Origin: Schizochytrium sp. TIO01
Taxonomy: Eukaryota > Protista > Bigyra: Labyrinthulomycetes
Direction: 5' to 3'
DNA length: 64,000 bases
NCBI GenBank assembly: GCA_004764695.1
Contig: SMSO01000033.1
Coordinates: 496,001 to 560,000, forward strand
In this document: positions 35,716 to 44,977 of the stretch, piece after piece
How positions within the stretch are numbered: the stretch's first letter is position 1
Layout of the letters: each line of letters opens with the position of its first letter
Position numbers and translations under genes: made by a program
Notes under the pieces: generated by a model
Told to the model about the DNA's origin: nothing
Databases searched by the model: none
Seen by the model: the letters and a program-made list of their open reading frames with translations, nothing else

Positions 35716-35737
35716 CACACTCTGCATGTGCCGAATT
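35716..35737 (+). promoter_or_regulatory. Conserved upstream element (copy 4), CACACTCTGCATGTGCCGAATT
   Basis: 21/22 match; 341 bp before ATG 36057. A second shared block, ATGCTCCGACCACACGAAA, follows. Confidence 0.7.
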
Positions 35738-36056
35738 GGTCAGCACAGGCTGGAAGTTATGCTCCGACCACACGAAAACAGACTCGTGCGAGACTTACCG
35801 ATTAAGCCTTTCCACACAAAGTTCAGCCAACCCTGTCACCTCTTTAAGACGAACAATCCTTTCGCAGCTCGGCAAACCATATATGAAAAGGATCTTATAT
35901 AAATTGGCGAACATATCCTCAATCTTTGAAAAGGCAAAGTTATTCACATATCAACAAACCTCGAACTCCAAGCTAATATACCCTTCAATACAAGAATTCC
36001 CAAACAGGATTACCTACTATTGGTGAAAGAAATCCCAGTCGCAAACTCGTACTACA

Positions 36057-36518
36057 ATGACTAAATTTATCAACCTTGTCACTATGTTTGTCCTCCTTAG
36101 CGTCATGTGCATGCACTTATCTGAAGCCGCTCCTACCGAAGACAAAAACCGCGGGCTGCTAAGAGGTCGTAAGCACCCGCGGCGCCTCAGTTGGGATAGC
36201 TTTGTCAAGAGCATCGAGAAAGACGCCAAGACAGTTGTTGATGACGTTGAAAGTGTTACGGAAGAAGGCTATTGTGAAGTCATTAAGCTTGCAGCGAAAG
36301 CGCTCGTCTCTGAAGACATTACAACCGACTCTGGCTGTGCTTTACTCGGCACGAAGGCTGTTCTTGAGTGTGAAACTGCTGGGGATGGTCCTGAAGACCC
36401 GGTTGCTGACCTCTGTGCTGCGGCAATTTCGGGCACAGGTGTTGCTGCTTGTGAAAGTGCCATATCCAACGGTGGTACCTTTGATGCTGCTAGTCTTGAG
36501 AGTGATTGTGGCTGCTAA
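36057..36518 (+). CDS. Secreted acidic Cys-rich prepropeptide, copy 4 (older paralog)
   Basis: 153 aa, all 7 mature Cys and the RGLLRG..RRL motif conserved; many third-position differences from copies 1 and 2. Confidence 0.92.
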   Translation: MTKFINLVTMFVLLSVMCMHLSEAAPTEDKNRGLLRGRKHPRRLSWDSFVKSIEKDAKTVVDDVESVTEEGYCEVIKLAAKALVSEDITTDSGCALLGTKAVLECETAGDGPEDPVADLCAAAISGTGVAACESAISNGGTFDAASLESDCGC

Positions 36519-37340
36519 TCAAATGTTAATATATAAAAGTTAAGTCGTTTCCTCTTATTTTAGAGACATGGCTGATATTCAAGCGTGTCTTCAATTTGAG
36601 GCTGTATATCTCGGAAATTCCACCTGCTGTTTTGATCTTACTTGACAGCTCAAGCATGTTTCAAATTTGTTCTGTATATTTTGAAATAGAATAAATACTA
36701 TAACTTTACAACAAATAGGCCTTTATTAACACTTATGGCCTAGGTGGCCCAGTAAACTGAGTGGGCTCTGAATAGTTATTCTCAAAGATGCTCTTTTAAA
36801 TTCTTCGCATGGCCATACGAAGCATTGTAGTAGACCAGTAAATACAAAGGAAGTACAGCTGCAAAACTCTCCATCCTTATCATATTTAATTGTTTTTTGT
36901 CCTCCATGACCGTCCACCATCCGTCATGCATCCTGTATCGTGCAGAATGCCAGCAGAGTGTGCCTCAGCCACCGCCAACACCCTCTGTTTAACTCTTCCA
37001 GGTTAATTAACGATCTCTTGTGGAACCCAAAGCCAGCCTGAAGGATCTATCTCTCCTCACAAAACATGGATTTGGGCTAAGTCCACGATGCTGCAGCAGC
37101 CTTGGTTTTTAAAGAGAGTTTCTGTTCCGCTGACTTTGCCTGAGAATTTGTTGAGAGCGCTTTCCAAGCCTTTTCATTTTAATTTTAAAAGCTCGTAGCT
37201 ACTTACTAGTAACAGGTACTACCTACTACTAGTATACAGAGAGATTGATCAAACCGTAGAAAAACTAGGTACTGAGCAAAGAAACAACTCTCGAGCAGTT
37301 CGAGGTTGGAAAAGAGGCTTGGGGGCAGTTGCCAATCGCT

Positions 37341-40082
37341 ATGGCTCGCAAGCGACTTTGTTGTCGCGTGAGGATCTGTCTCACAGGGCTTTTGTTGGCA
37401 CTATCAGCACTTTTGCTGGCCGCTAATGGAGTTGATGTATCCTCAGCTTCGTCGTCGTTGGCCTCAGAACAACTTGCTGCTCTGGATGCTGTACGAGGCG
37501 GAGCTCTTAAATCTTGGGCTCAGGGATCTGGCAAAGGGGGTTCGAAGGTTCTTGTGCTCGCTGGAGACACAGAATCGCATTATGCAGCGGTCCAAGGGGT
37601 CCTCCAAAAATGGAACTCCAGACTTGCCAAGCCAGCGAGCACACTCTTTGTGGTTGGTCGCTCCGAGGAATCCGGAGCCCTCCTGGATGAGGTCTCTACG
37701 TGGCTACGATCCAGAATCATTGGCGACTCACTCAAATGGTCTATAGTATTTGTCAAAGACGCTGATCAACAGAGTCTAGCAGATCTCAACGAGCTCGTGG
37801 AGGTCTTTGGCAACCGTAAATCGTGCACCGACGTAGAGAACGACCTGCACATTCCCGCTTGCGAGAAACTTCTTCTTGTTTTGAGCACCGGCCTTGGAGA
37901 AGAAATCGTTAAAAATTACCGGGACACTCTTTCCGAGGAGGTGAGTGATATTGCCCAGCGTATGGAGAGTGTTGCACGACGCCAACTTGATGACGAGTGT
38001 ACACGGGAGCTGCGAAAGCGTTGGGGAGGACAATCGTTACATGGTCTTGCGCGACTTCTCCGCGCAAACCTTAGGCAAGTCATATACCCAATATTTGGCA
38101 ATCCAAGCCTAACAGATGCGCAAGCACTTGTGAACTCCCAGGCAAAGCGCCGTGCAGAAGCTTCGAATCTAGCTTTGTCGAAACGGTCACAAAAAGAAAT
38201 AGACCTCAGCACATTTGAAAACCTTGATGAATGCATTGATGAGTCTATTATCAAACAGGCAGGGTTTGTTGGACAAACATATGTCCTTGATGCTGTAGAG
38301 AAGCTACTTAAACACATACGCCACGGTTGGCGTGCAGGAGACGGCCCAGTAGTGCTTCTGTTTGCGGGTCCACCTGGCCTTGGTAAAACGTTCCTCGCAA
38401 ATCTTGTCGCGAGAGCGTACAATTGTGGACAACAAAGGGCTTCTCTTGAGCGAGAACGCAAATATGTTCATATCGATATGGTAAACTATCAGGATGAACG
38501 TTCTGTTGACGGTTTTGTAGATCCCGCCCCTGGTCTTCAGGGCACGGGAATCTTAGCTGAGGTTTTCAAGGTATCTCAGCGCACTGTGGTTCTTTTAGAC
38601 GAAATTGAAAAATGCCACCCTAGTCTAGTGGAAAAGATGCTGCTTCCCATGCTAGACAACAATGGTGGGCATGTACAGTCAAAGAAAACAGGCGATAACT
38701 TTCCCACGCGAGATAGTGTCTTTATCATGACAACTAATTGCTTTAGTGAGGAAATTGAAGAGCTTTATAGCCAAATCATTGCAGGAAGTGCTCGTGGGCT
38801 ATCTGAGAATGTGTACGATGCACTCTCTGAGCAGGTGTCGGAGCTTATGCGTAATTCGAGTAGACAATGTCGCGGGGCACATTCGGGTAACTCCAATCCA
38901 TTCTCATCAGGCCCTTTTTGGCGTCGTTTAGTGGCAGGCTCAAGTTTGGCGACTCGGCATGGTGTGCTCCTGTTCGTACCACCATCTCCTGAGGATATAG
39001 ACGAACTTGTGTCTGTAACGTTGGAGTCTTACTCCACGCAGCTTCCAAACAAGGAAATATTTTATTCTCGACGTGCAGTGCAAGTTCTTCAGGACAAAGC
39101 ACGAGTTAGACTTCGCGCCGGAACTCTGACATCTGGCACTGTTCAGGCCTTTGTAACTTCTGAAGTGAAGGATGCTATACCTGAAGTCATTATGTTTTCT
39201 GACCACCGAAACATTCTGCTTTACCAATGCCCACATCACGGGTCACTTCGCGCCATGGTTGTTGACGCTGCCGAGTGCATCGATGAGTTATTTTCAGAGA
39301 GTCCAGAGGAACTCGCAGATCGTGTCGAGCTAGGCCGCCGAGATAAAATAAGCACTGAAAAGTTAGTATCTTCGGGAAAAAGGTTTTTTGGTGTGCCAAA
39401 GGAGAGCCGGAATTCTCCGAGCGCTACAACTTCTGGCAGTAGCAGCAAAGATCAAGATGACATAATGCTCGATATCGAGGTGCAGCAAGAGGCTAACTTC
39501 GTTCACAAAAACGAGGAGAAGGCGCACTCAATGTTTGATATCGAACAAATTCAAGCATATGCCATGCTCCTTTTATATTCCTTCGCAGTTATGGTTGCCA
39601 TGGCGTTATTCACTTCATACGCAGTACTTCCCGCTGCTAAAGCTCTATTTTCGGTTCTTGTTGTAGTGAGTTCTTTGCTTTGGTATTTTTTTCCAGAGCT
39701 CTTTTACATGCTTGTGCAATTGGTTTCCGAAGCTGCAATCTGGCTTTGGAACAACTGGCGTGTCGCACTACCAGTCGCTGGAGGTTTGTATATTTGGTGG
39801 GTGTTCCTGCAGAAAAGGCGACGCTCAAAGCTGGAGGAGGACAACAGAAGACTTCTTGCTGAGAATTTTGAGCTTCGCAAGGAGAACGAGAGTCTTCATT
39901 CGCAGGTGTCCTGCTTGAAGCTGCCACCAAAGCTTAGACCATCTGAAGAGAAAAGCAATGATTCGAAAGAGTTTCCAGGTACGACCGTCATCACTAGCCT
40001 TCATAGGACCGTGCGGCGTGGAATGAAGCGCTCGAAGAGTCTCGGGTATATTAATACTCATCTCGCGAGTGACAACGAATAA
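37341..40082 (+). CDS. Secretory-pathway torsin/ClpB-D2-like AAA+ ATPase with a degenerate N-terminal AAA-like module and C-terminal TM segments
   Basis: Signal-like N-terminus; FVGQ, Walker A GPPGLGKT, HIDM, Walker B VVLLDEIEK.HP, sensor-1 FIMTTN, FWRRL; 2-3 TM helices, then QKRRR and a coiled coil. Confidence 0.85.
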   Translation: MARKRLCCRVRICLTGLLLALSALLLAANGVDVSSASSSLASEQLAALDAVRGGALKSWAQGSGKGGSKVLVLAGDTESHYAAVQGVLQKWNSRLAKPASTLFVVGRSEESGALLDEVSTWLRSRIIGDSLKWSIVFVKDADQQSLADLNELVEVFGNRKSCTDVENDLHIPACEKLLLVLSTGLGEEIVKNYRDTLSEEVSDIAQRMESVARRQLDDECTRELRKRWGGQSLHGLARLLRANLRQVIYPIFGNPSLTDAQALVNSQAKRRAEASNLALSKRSQKEIDLSTFENLDECIDESIIKQAGFVGQTYVLDAVEKLLKHIRHGWRAGDGPVVLLFAGPPGLGKTFLANLVARAYNCGQQRASLERERKYVHIDMVNYQDERSVDGFVDPAPGLQGTGILAEVFKVSQRTVVLLDEIEKCHPSLVEKMLLPMLDNNGGHVQSKKTGDNFPTRDSVFIMTTNCFSEEIEELYSQIIAGSARGLSENVYDALSEQVSELMRNSSRQCRGAHSGNSNPFSSGPFWRRLVAGSSLATRHGVLLFVPPSPEDIDELVSVTLESYSTQLPNKEIFYSRRAVQVLQDKARVRLRAGTLTSGTVQAFVTSEVKDAIPEVIMFSDHRNILLYQCPHHGSLRAMVVDAAECIDELFSESPEELADRVELGRRDKISTEKLVSSGKRFFGVPKESRNSPSATTSGSSSKDQDDIMLDIEVQQEANFVHKNEEKAHSMFDIEQIQAYAMLLLYSFAVMVAMALFTSYAVLPAAKALFSVLVVVSSLLWYFFPELFYMLVQLVSEAAIWLWNNWRVALPVAGGLYIWWVFLQKRRRSKLEEDNRRLLAENFELRKENESLHSQVSCLKLPPKLRPSEEKSNDSKEFPGTTVITSLHRTVRRGMKRSKSLGYINTHLASDNE

Positions 40083-40315
40083 ATGGAAGTTTGAATTTAT
40101 TTTTTATTGTGTGTAGAATTGATAATGGAGCGGCCAACAACCTCAAAGTGATAAAGATATTTTTTCAAAATGATCGAAGAAGTCTATATTCTTTTATTTT
40201 ATCTTATTTTATTTTAAATTGAGCAATTTTGGTCTCTGTATGTAATAAATGGCGACTCACAGGTCTTATATTTGCACTAGTGGTTGATGATACTATCGTT
40301 ATATTGTGTAATCCT

Positions 40316-41608
40316 CTAAATCACTTCCAGAGTTGTCCGAAGGGTATCTCCAGGAATAACTCGAATCTCGATATCCTCGCTAGAGTACTTGGAGCTTGCG
40401 CTTTCTTTGAACTTGACAAGTCGCTTCTCAATGGGCATGGGCCTCTGCACACTACGTTTCAAACTTTCGTAGAGCTCTTCAGTAAGTGCGCGGGCATCTT
40501 TAACGCTGGTCTTATCATGCAGGTGGTCTAGGATTTCCTGTTTGACATGCTCTGGGCAACGCACAATACCATCCCAACGGCGTGGTTTTTCACCTTCCTC
40601 GAGCAAGTTATTGAGATTCTTGTCAATGCGATGCTTTATCTGCCGAGCCACCCGAATAACGATCTGGTCAACAATCTTGAGAAGCTCAAGGTTGGTCAGC
40701 GGTGTGAAAGGAATATGTGTAACGACACTAGGGATGAAGGAATCGGCTCCCCAATAGTCCTCAATCGCCTGTTGTACAGTGTCTACAGCGCTTTGGTAAG
40801 TTTGAGAGGGATCGAGAAGAAGGCCGAACTCGCGCAAGTCCGTGGTCAGTACAATCAAGCTCTGTTTGGCGGAGATGGCATCACCCTTGTCCGGATGGCT
40901 GAAGACACCCTTCGTGAGTAAGTCCTTAAGCATGGACACGCAAGACCCTTTGCAATACACAAAATCGTCAAGTACAAGCACAACCCTGGGTTCGTCCTCA
41001 AGCACCTGTGCCGCTTTTCTCAAAAAGCTGCGCAAGATACCCTCATTCTGCGCATCGGGGGTTGAGCTGCCTTCCTGCGGCTCTGCAAATGTTGCAGTTA
41101 CGATTCCGCATGCTTGACGCCAGTCCTCAAGCTTTGCTGAGTCTTCTGTGCAAGACCTCGTCAGTAGCGGCTTGACAGGGTCCATGGAGCCTACGGATGG
41201 TGCGAGTGCCGTGCTATGAAGCCAGGAGCCAAGTTTACGCATGGCGTTGGTCAAGTGGCCTTTAATAAGATTAGAGGTGGAAATGCAGTCATCGTAAATG
41301 GAGTTTGCAATCAATTCTGCCATAAAGGTCTTGCCTGTGCCAGACGGGCCCACCAGCTGCAGCACCACAGGCCTCTCCTTGGTGTCCACCCCGTGCACGA
41401 AATCTTGGAGATGCTCACGAATCATGCGAACCGCGTGAGATTGGCCAACAAAATCATGCTCGACGCGAGCGTTAAAGGTTGAGATGACATCATTATCGAA
41501 GCGTCGGTTTGGACATAACCCAAGCGCGACAGAAGTATGTGTCACCACCAACGCCAGGAGCGCCAAGGTCACCAGCCCAAACCTTGAAGCGAAGAAACCG
41601 CCGCCCAT
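40316..41608 (-). CDS. Torsin-like AAA+ ATPase with signal peptide
   Basis: Signal peptide; FVGQSHAV, PVVLQLVGPSGTGKTFMAELIA, LVLDDF, SLIVLTTD, IPFTPL. Confidence 0.85.
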   Translation of the reverse strand: MGGGFFASRFGLVTLALLALVVTHTSVALGLCPNRRFDNDVISTFNARVEHDFVGQSHAVRMIREHLQDFVHGVDTKERPVVLQLVGPSGTGKTFMAELIANSIYDDCISTSNLIKGHLTNAMRKLGSWLHSTALAPSVGSMDPVKPLLTRSCTEDSAKLEDWRQACGIVTATFAEPQEGSSTPDAQNEGILRSFLRKAAQVLEDEPRVVLVLDDFVYCKGSCVSMLKDLLTKGVFSHPDKGDAISAKQSLIVLTTDLREFGLLLDPSQTYQSAVDTVQQAIEDYWGADSFIPSVVTHIPFTPLTNLELLKIVDQIVIRVARQIKHRIDKNLNNLLEEGEKPRRWDGIVRCPEHVKQEILDHLHDKTSVKDARALTEELYESLKRSVQRPMPIEKRLVKFKESASSKYSSEDIEIRVIPGDTLRTTLEVI

Positions 41609-43248
41609 CGCGAGAGGAAGTCAAGTTCTCTAGACCCCAGCCTCGAGAGGGCTCAGAAACGCACGAGGTTGAGACTGACTTGGAGCGAAACGAGAGCAAG
41701 CTAGGTTTATAAGTCTTGGGCGCCAAGAGACTTTGCCGCAATGTCTAATCAACGAGTTTTGGAGAATACTTTCTTTTGTAGATAAAACAGACAAAAAATT
41801 AATTAATAAGAATATCAACTTTCCAACTGATTTTTATCCATTTCCTTTGAAAGTATTCATTTTCTTGCAAAAAAAAAAGAGCATCTTTCTCGGGCTTTCA
41901 CTCAAGTAGAAAGCTTTTGCTCTTCTCCATATGATCGAGACATTGAAATCCAAAGAAAGCCACGCCATATGTTGCATGTCGCCTCCTTCTCGCTCCATAT
42001 GCGTATAATGTCCCATCATAATTCAACGACAAAGGTCGAAGGCGAAATATTTCTAACAGAGAGCATGGAAACCATCGTCATTGCTTTAGTATCAGGTTCT
42101 GGCGATGGCTTTCTAGCCCTGGCGTACTCTCGAAAGATTCCTGAAGAAGTTGACGTTCTGCGCTTTAGTAGCGTTTGTGTAGCTCACTTCTGTTTAACTC
42201 CTCCTTTGAATATCTTCATTGGAACTTAACGTCAAAGCAAGGGACTACATCAACTGTTTTCACTGTTTCTAATTCTCAATGCTCCTTACGAACCTCCGGA
42301 TGACATCAATAATGGTAGGCACTGAGGCTGCAGTTTGTTTTATGGAGTGATTTGCGTTATAGGAGAACGAACATTCATGATATGGCAAAAATAAATGATC
42401 TCAGGTAAACGGATGAAATGACGGATGCAATTAAGACTCATATATAAGAGTGGGAACATAGCCAATTCTCGAAGTTGACACGTCATACGGTTCTCTGAGA
42501 ACCCGTCGGTGTCAAGATGACAAGAAAGGACATACTAACTCGTGAAGCTCAGTTGGAGTGAACAATAACTAATGATAACCACTAATATTCTTGAGCTCCC
42601 ACGAGTATCATCAATCAAATCATATATTTATTATTATTATTTATTTATTTATTTCCTTTTCATGATTGCCGGTGACAAAATAAAGCCTTAATTCTTTAGT
42701 TCATACGCGTAAAATAGGAATGTTTGCTTCAATCGTATACGAGCTACTCGTGATCAGCATAAAAAACCATGGTAAAACCCTTGACCAACTTATGTACCTG
42801 TTATACGCTCCCATTGAAGCTTTTGTTATTGTTGCGCCCGTAGTTATATAGCATCTTTGCCTTTTAACCTGTTTTTTCTCTCTAGAGTGTACAGGATCTT
42901 TAAAACATATCCTGATTGATTGATTGGCTATTTTTTAATCTTAAAATTAAATCCCTTTTGCTTTCTGCTATGCTTCGGTCCTTCAGTCAGAGGGAAAACT
43001 GTGACCTCTGACGGCTGGAGGATTGCAACAAAGCGGGCCACAACTTCCACAGAAAGCTCGTTAGCCTCGGTTCGAAGTACCTTAGCTTGGTGTTTATTCC
43101 TCGGACGGACGGCTTCGTCACAGCTTGAGAACGTTAATTGGTGGATTGGATAGCTCACTGCCATCGACCGTTCGCATAAGCACTAGTTTGGATCCAGGGC
43201 TCTGCGGCGGGGAGAGCCACCTTGAACGACGGAGCACAATCAACAAAA

Positions 43249-44469
43249 ATGCCGAAAGATATTCTCGATGAGTTTATGGGGAGAAAAATGTTAGATCGAC
43301 ATAGGGAAAGCCATAAGGAAGAGATTTTCGAAAAATACACCAAACATTACCCAGGTGAGGAAAAGCCAAGTACGATTGAAGATTGCATCAATCGTCTTAA
43401 AAAGAAGGAACCTAATTCATATGAGAAATTGGAACAGGCCTTTGAGGATAAGGATAAGACAAAAAACAAAAGAAAAAAGAAGACAAGATCACCTGCATCG
43501 TCCCCATCTTCTCGCAATTCTCCCACAGAAAATGAGCAGATAAGCAGCAATGCAGATTCTGAAGATGCTGATATCAACAAAGTCGTGGAGGAGAGTCCAA
43601 AGGAATTAGACTCCACAATTATTTCTGCAGAGGCTGAGAACGAAAAGGATGACAAGCATCGAGAGAAATTTGTTGTGTCCGTCTTAACGCTTCTGATTGT
43701 AGCTACTGCCATTGGTTTTGCAATGTGGGGAAACGCGGGGTTTCCCTACTCTGAAAATGACTTACAACCTGAAAGTTTGCAACGCTCAATGTGTCGTGAA
43801 GAGGCTGTTCAAAGAATTCCAGAAGCAGTCCAACATGTGATTGAATTAACTGGTGAAATCGACTCTGGAGAGGGCAGCTTATCAGACTCATTAGAGGAGT
43901 TCGCTGAAGCGTTGCTGTTTGATTGGACAGATTTTGATGACTCAGACTTTCCACCAAGGCATGCTGTTTCGATACGGCTACAAAGCAATAATGCAGACGC
44001 TCTCAGTGTAACTTTCTCAATGTTCCTAAATGACCTGTTCACCCCCGAATGCCGGGCGCAACATGTATTAGAGGTTGATGTTGGAGCTGCACAGAGTGTT
44101 AACTTGGTCACACTTGCAAACAATTTTATGCTAGAACGTAAGCAAGCTTGCGAAGAGAATATCGCTTTAGTGGTTTTCAACAATGTAAGCACGAAGGAGT
44201 CTAGCCATCATATCATGAGTTTCAAGGACCACCTCGACCGACCAGAGATCATTGTTTCGTTTGATCCCGAGAAAAAAATTTCATCGAGAGGAGTAGGATT
44301 TGTCTTTCTTGGGGCTTCACTTCCGGATGGTGAAGCATGTACAAAGGGCTCCATCGAGTACCATGACCAAAAGCTTGCGTGGTATAGAAATATGCAAGGT
44401 CGTGTTACCTTACGGGCTCGACTCTGTGCGCCATCCCAAGATCAAGTTGAAGACCCGAGCTCTCTTTAA
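43249..44469 (+). CDS. Type II single-pass membrane protein, putative LAP1/LULL1-like (degenerate AAA-like luminal domain)
   Basis: 406 aa from the first ATG. Charged N-terminus with KNKRKKKTR, one TM (FVVSVLTLLIVATAIGFAMWG), alternating alpha/beta C-terminal domain without a P-loop. The CDS is secure; the family call is tentative. Confidence 0.6.
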   Translation: MPKDILDEFMGRKMLDRHRESHKEEIFEKYTKHYPGEEKPSTIEDCINRLKKKEPNSYEKLEQAFEDKDKTKNKRKKKTRSPASSPSSRNSPTENEQISSNADSEDADINKVVEESPKELDSTIISAEAENEKDDKHREKFVVSVLTLLIVATAIGFAMWGNAGFPYSENDLQPESLQRSMCREEAVQRIPEAVQHVIELTGEIDSGEGSLSDSLEEFAEALLFDWTDFDDSDFPPRHAVSIRLQSNNADALSVTFSMFLNDLFTPECRAQHVLEVDVGAAQSVNLVTLANNFMLERKQACEENIALVVFNNVSTKESSHHIMSFKDHLDRPEIIVSFDPEKKISSRGVGFVFLGASLPDGEACTKGSIEYHDQKLAWYRNMQGRVTLRARLCAPSQDQVEDPSSL

Positions 44470-44977
44470 GCGGGCATGCCTTTACAATAAATAGATGACC
44501 TGCTGATCAGTTAGATCTCATACACTATGCGCTTTTTCTACTACTTGCCTGATGCGCCTCCTTGATAATCTGCTCAAAATTATAAATTCGCCAACCTGCC
44601 TCCCGTGTTTTAAACTACTATTGTCACCTTGTTTCACTGGTTGCTAGCTTACCCTCGACAACCTTGCTTTCCACTACCAATGCATTTAATAATAGCACTT
44701 GCTGTCCCCTGAGCAACTGCAATCTAAACCTCTTACAGGCCATAGATTCGTTGCCGTGGTCACAAATGACTTGGAAAACTTTCCCTTTTTTTCTAAAGGA
44801 ATAAAAAAAGTGCTTTCTCTACGCTTCGCTTATCTGAAGATCACCATTCCCGTTTTCCTGGCCGGCGCACGGACAAAGAAATAGTTGCAACCGAGCAGGA
44901 GTTGGCAGAGCTCCCAATCAAGCAACAACTTGAAGTGAGGTTTAAAGGGGGAAACCAAAGGCTAAAATTCTGCTGCC

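Noticed and set aside
37341-41608. Bacterial ClpB or contamination as the origin of the AAA+ genes
   Set aside because: Signal peptides and TMs are present, the Clp N- and M-domains are absent, and the genes sit among clearly eukaryotic genes.
41834-42560. Possible small gene between the torsin-like and activator-like genes
   Set aside because: Only short interrupted frames with no recognisable motif.
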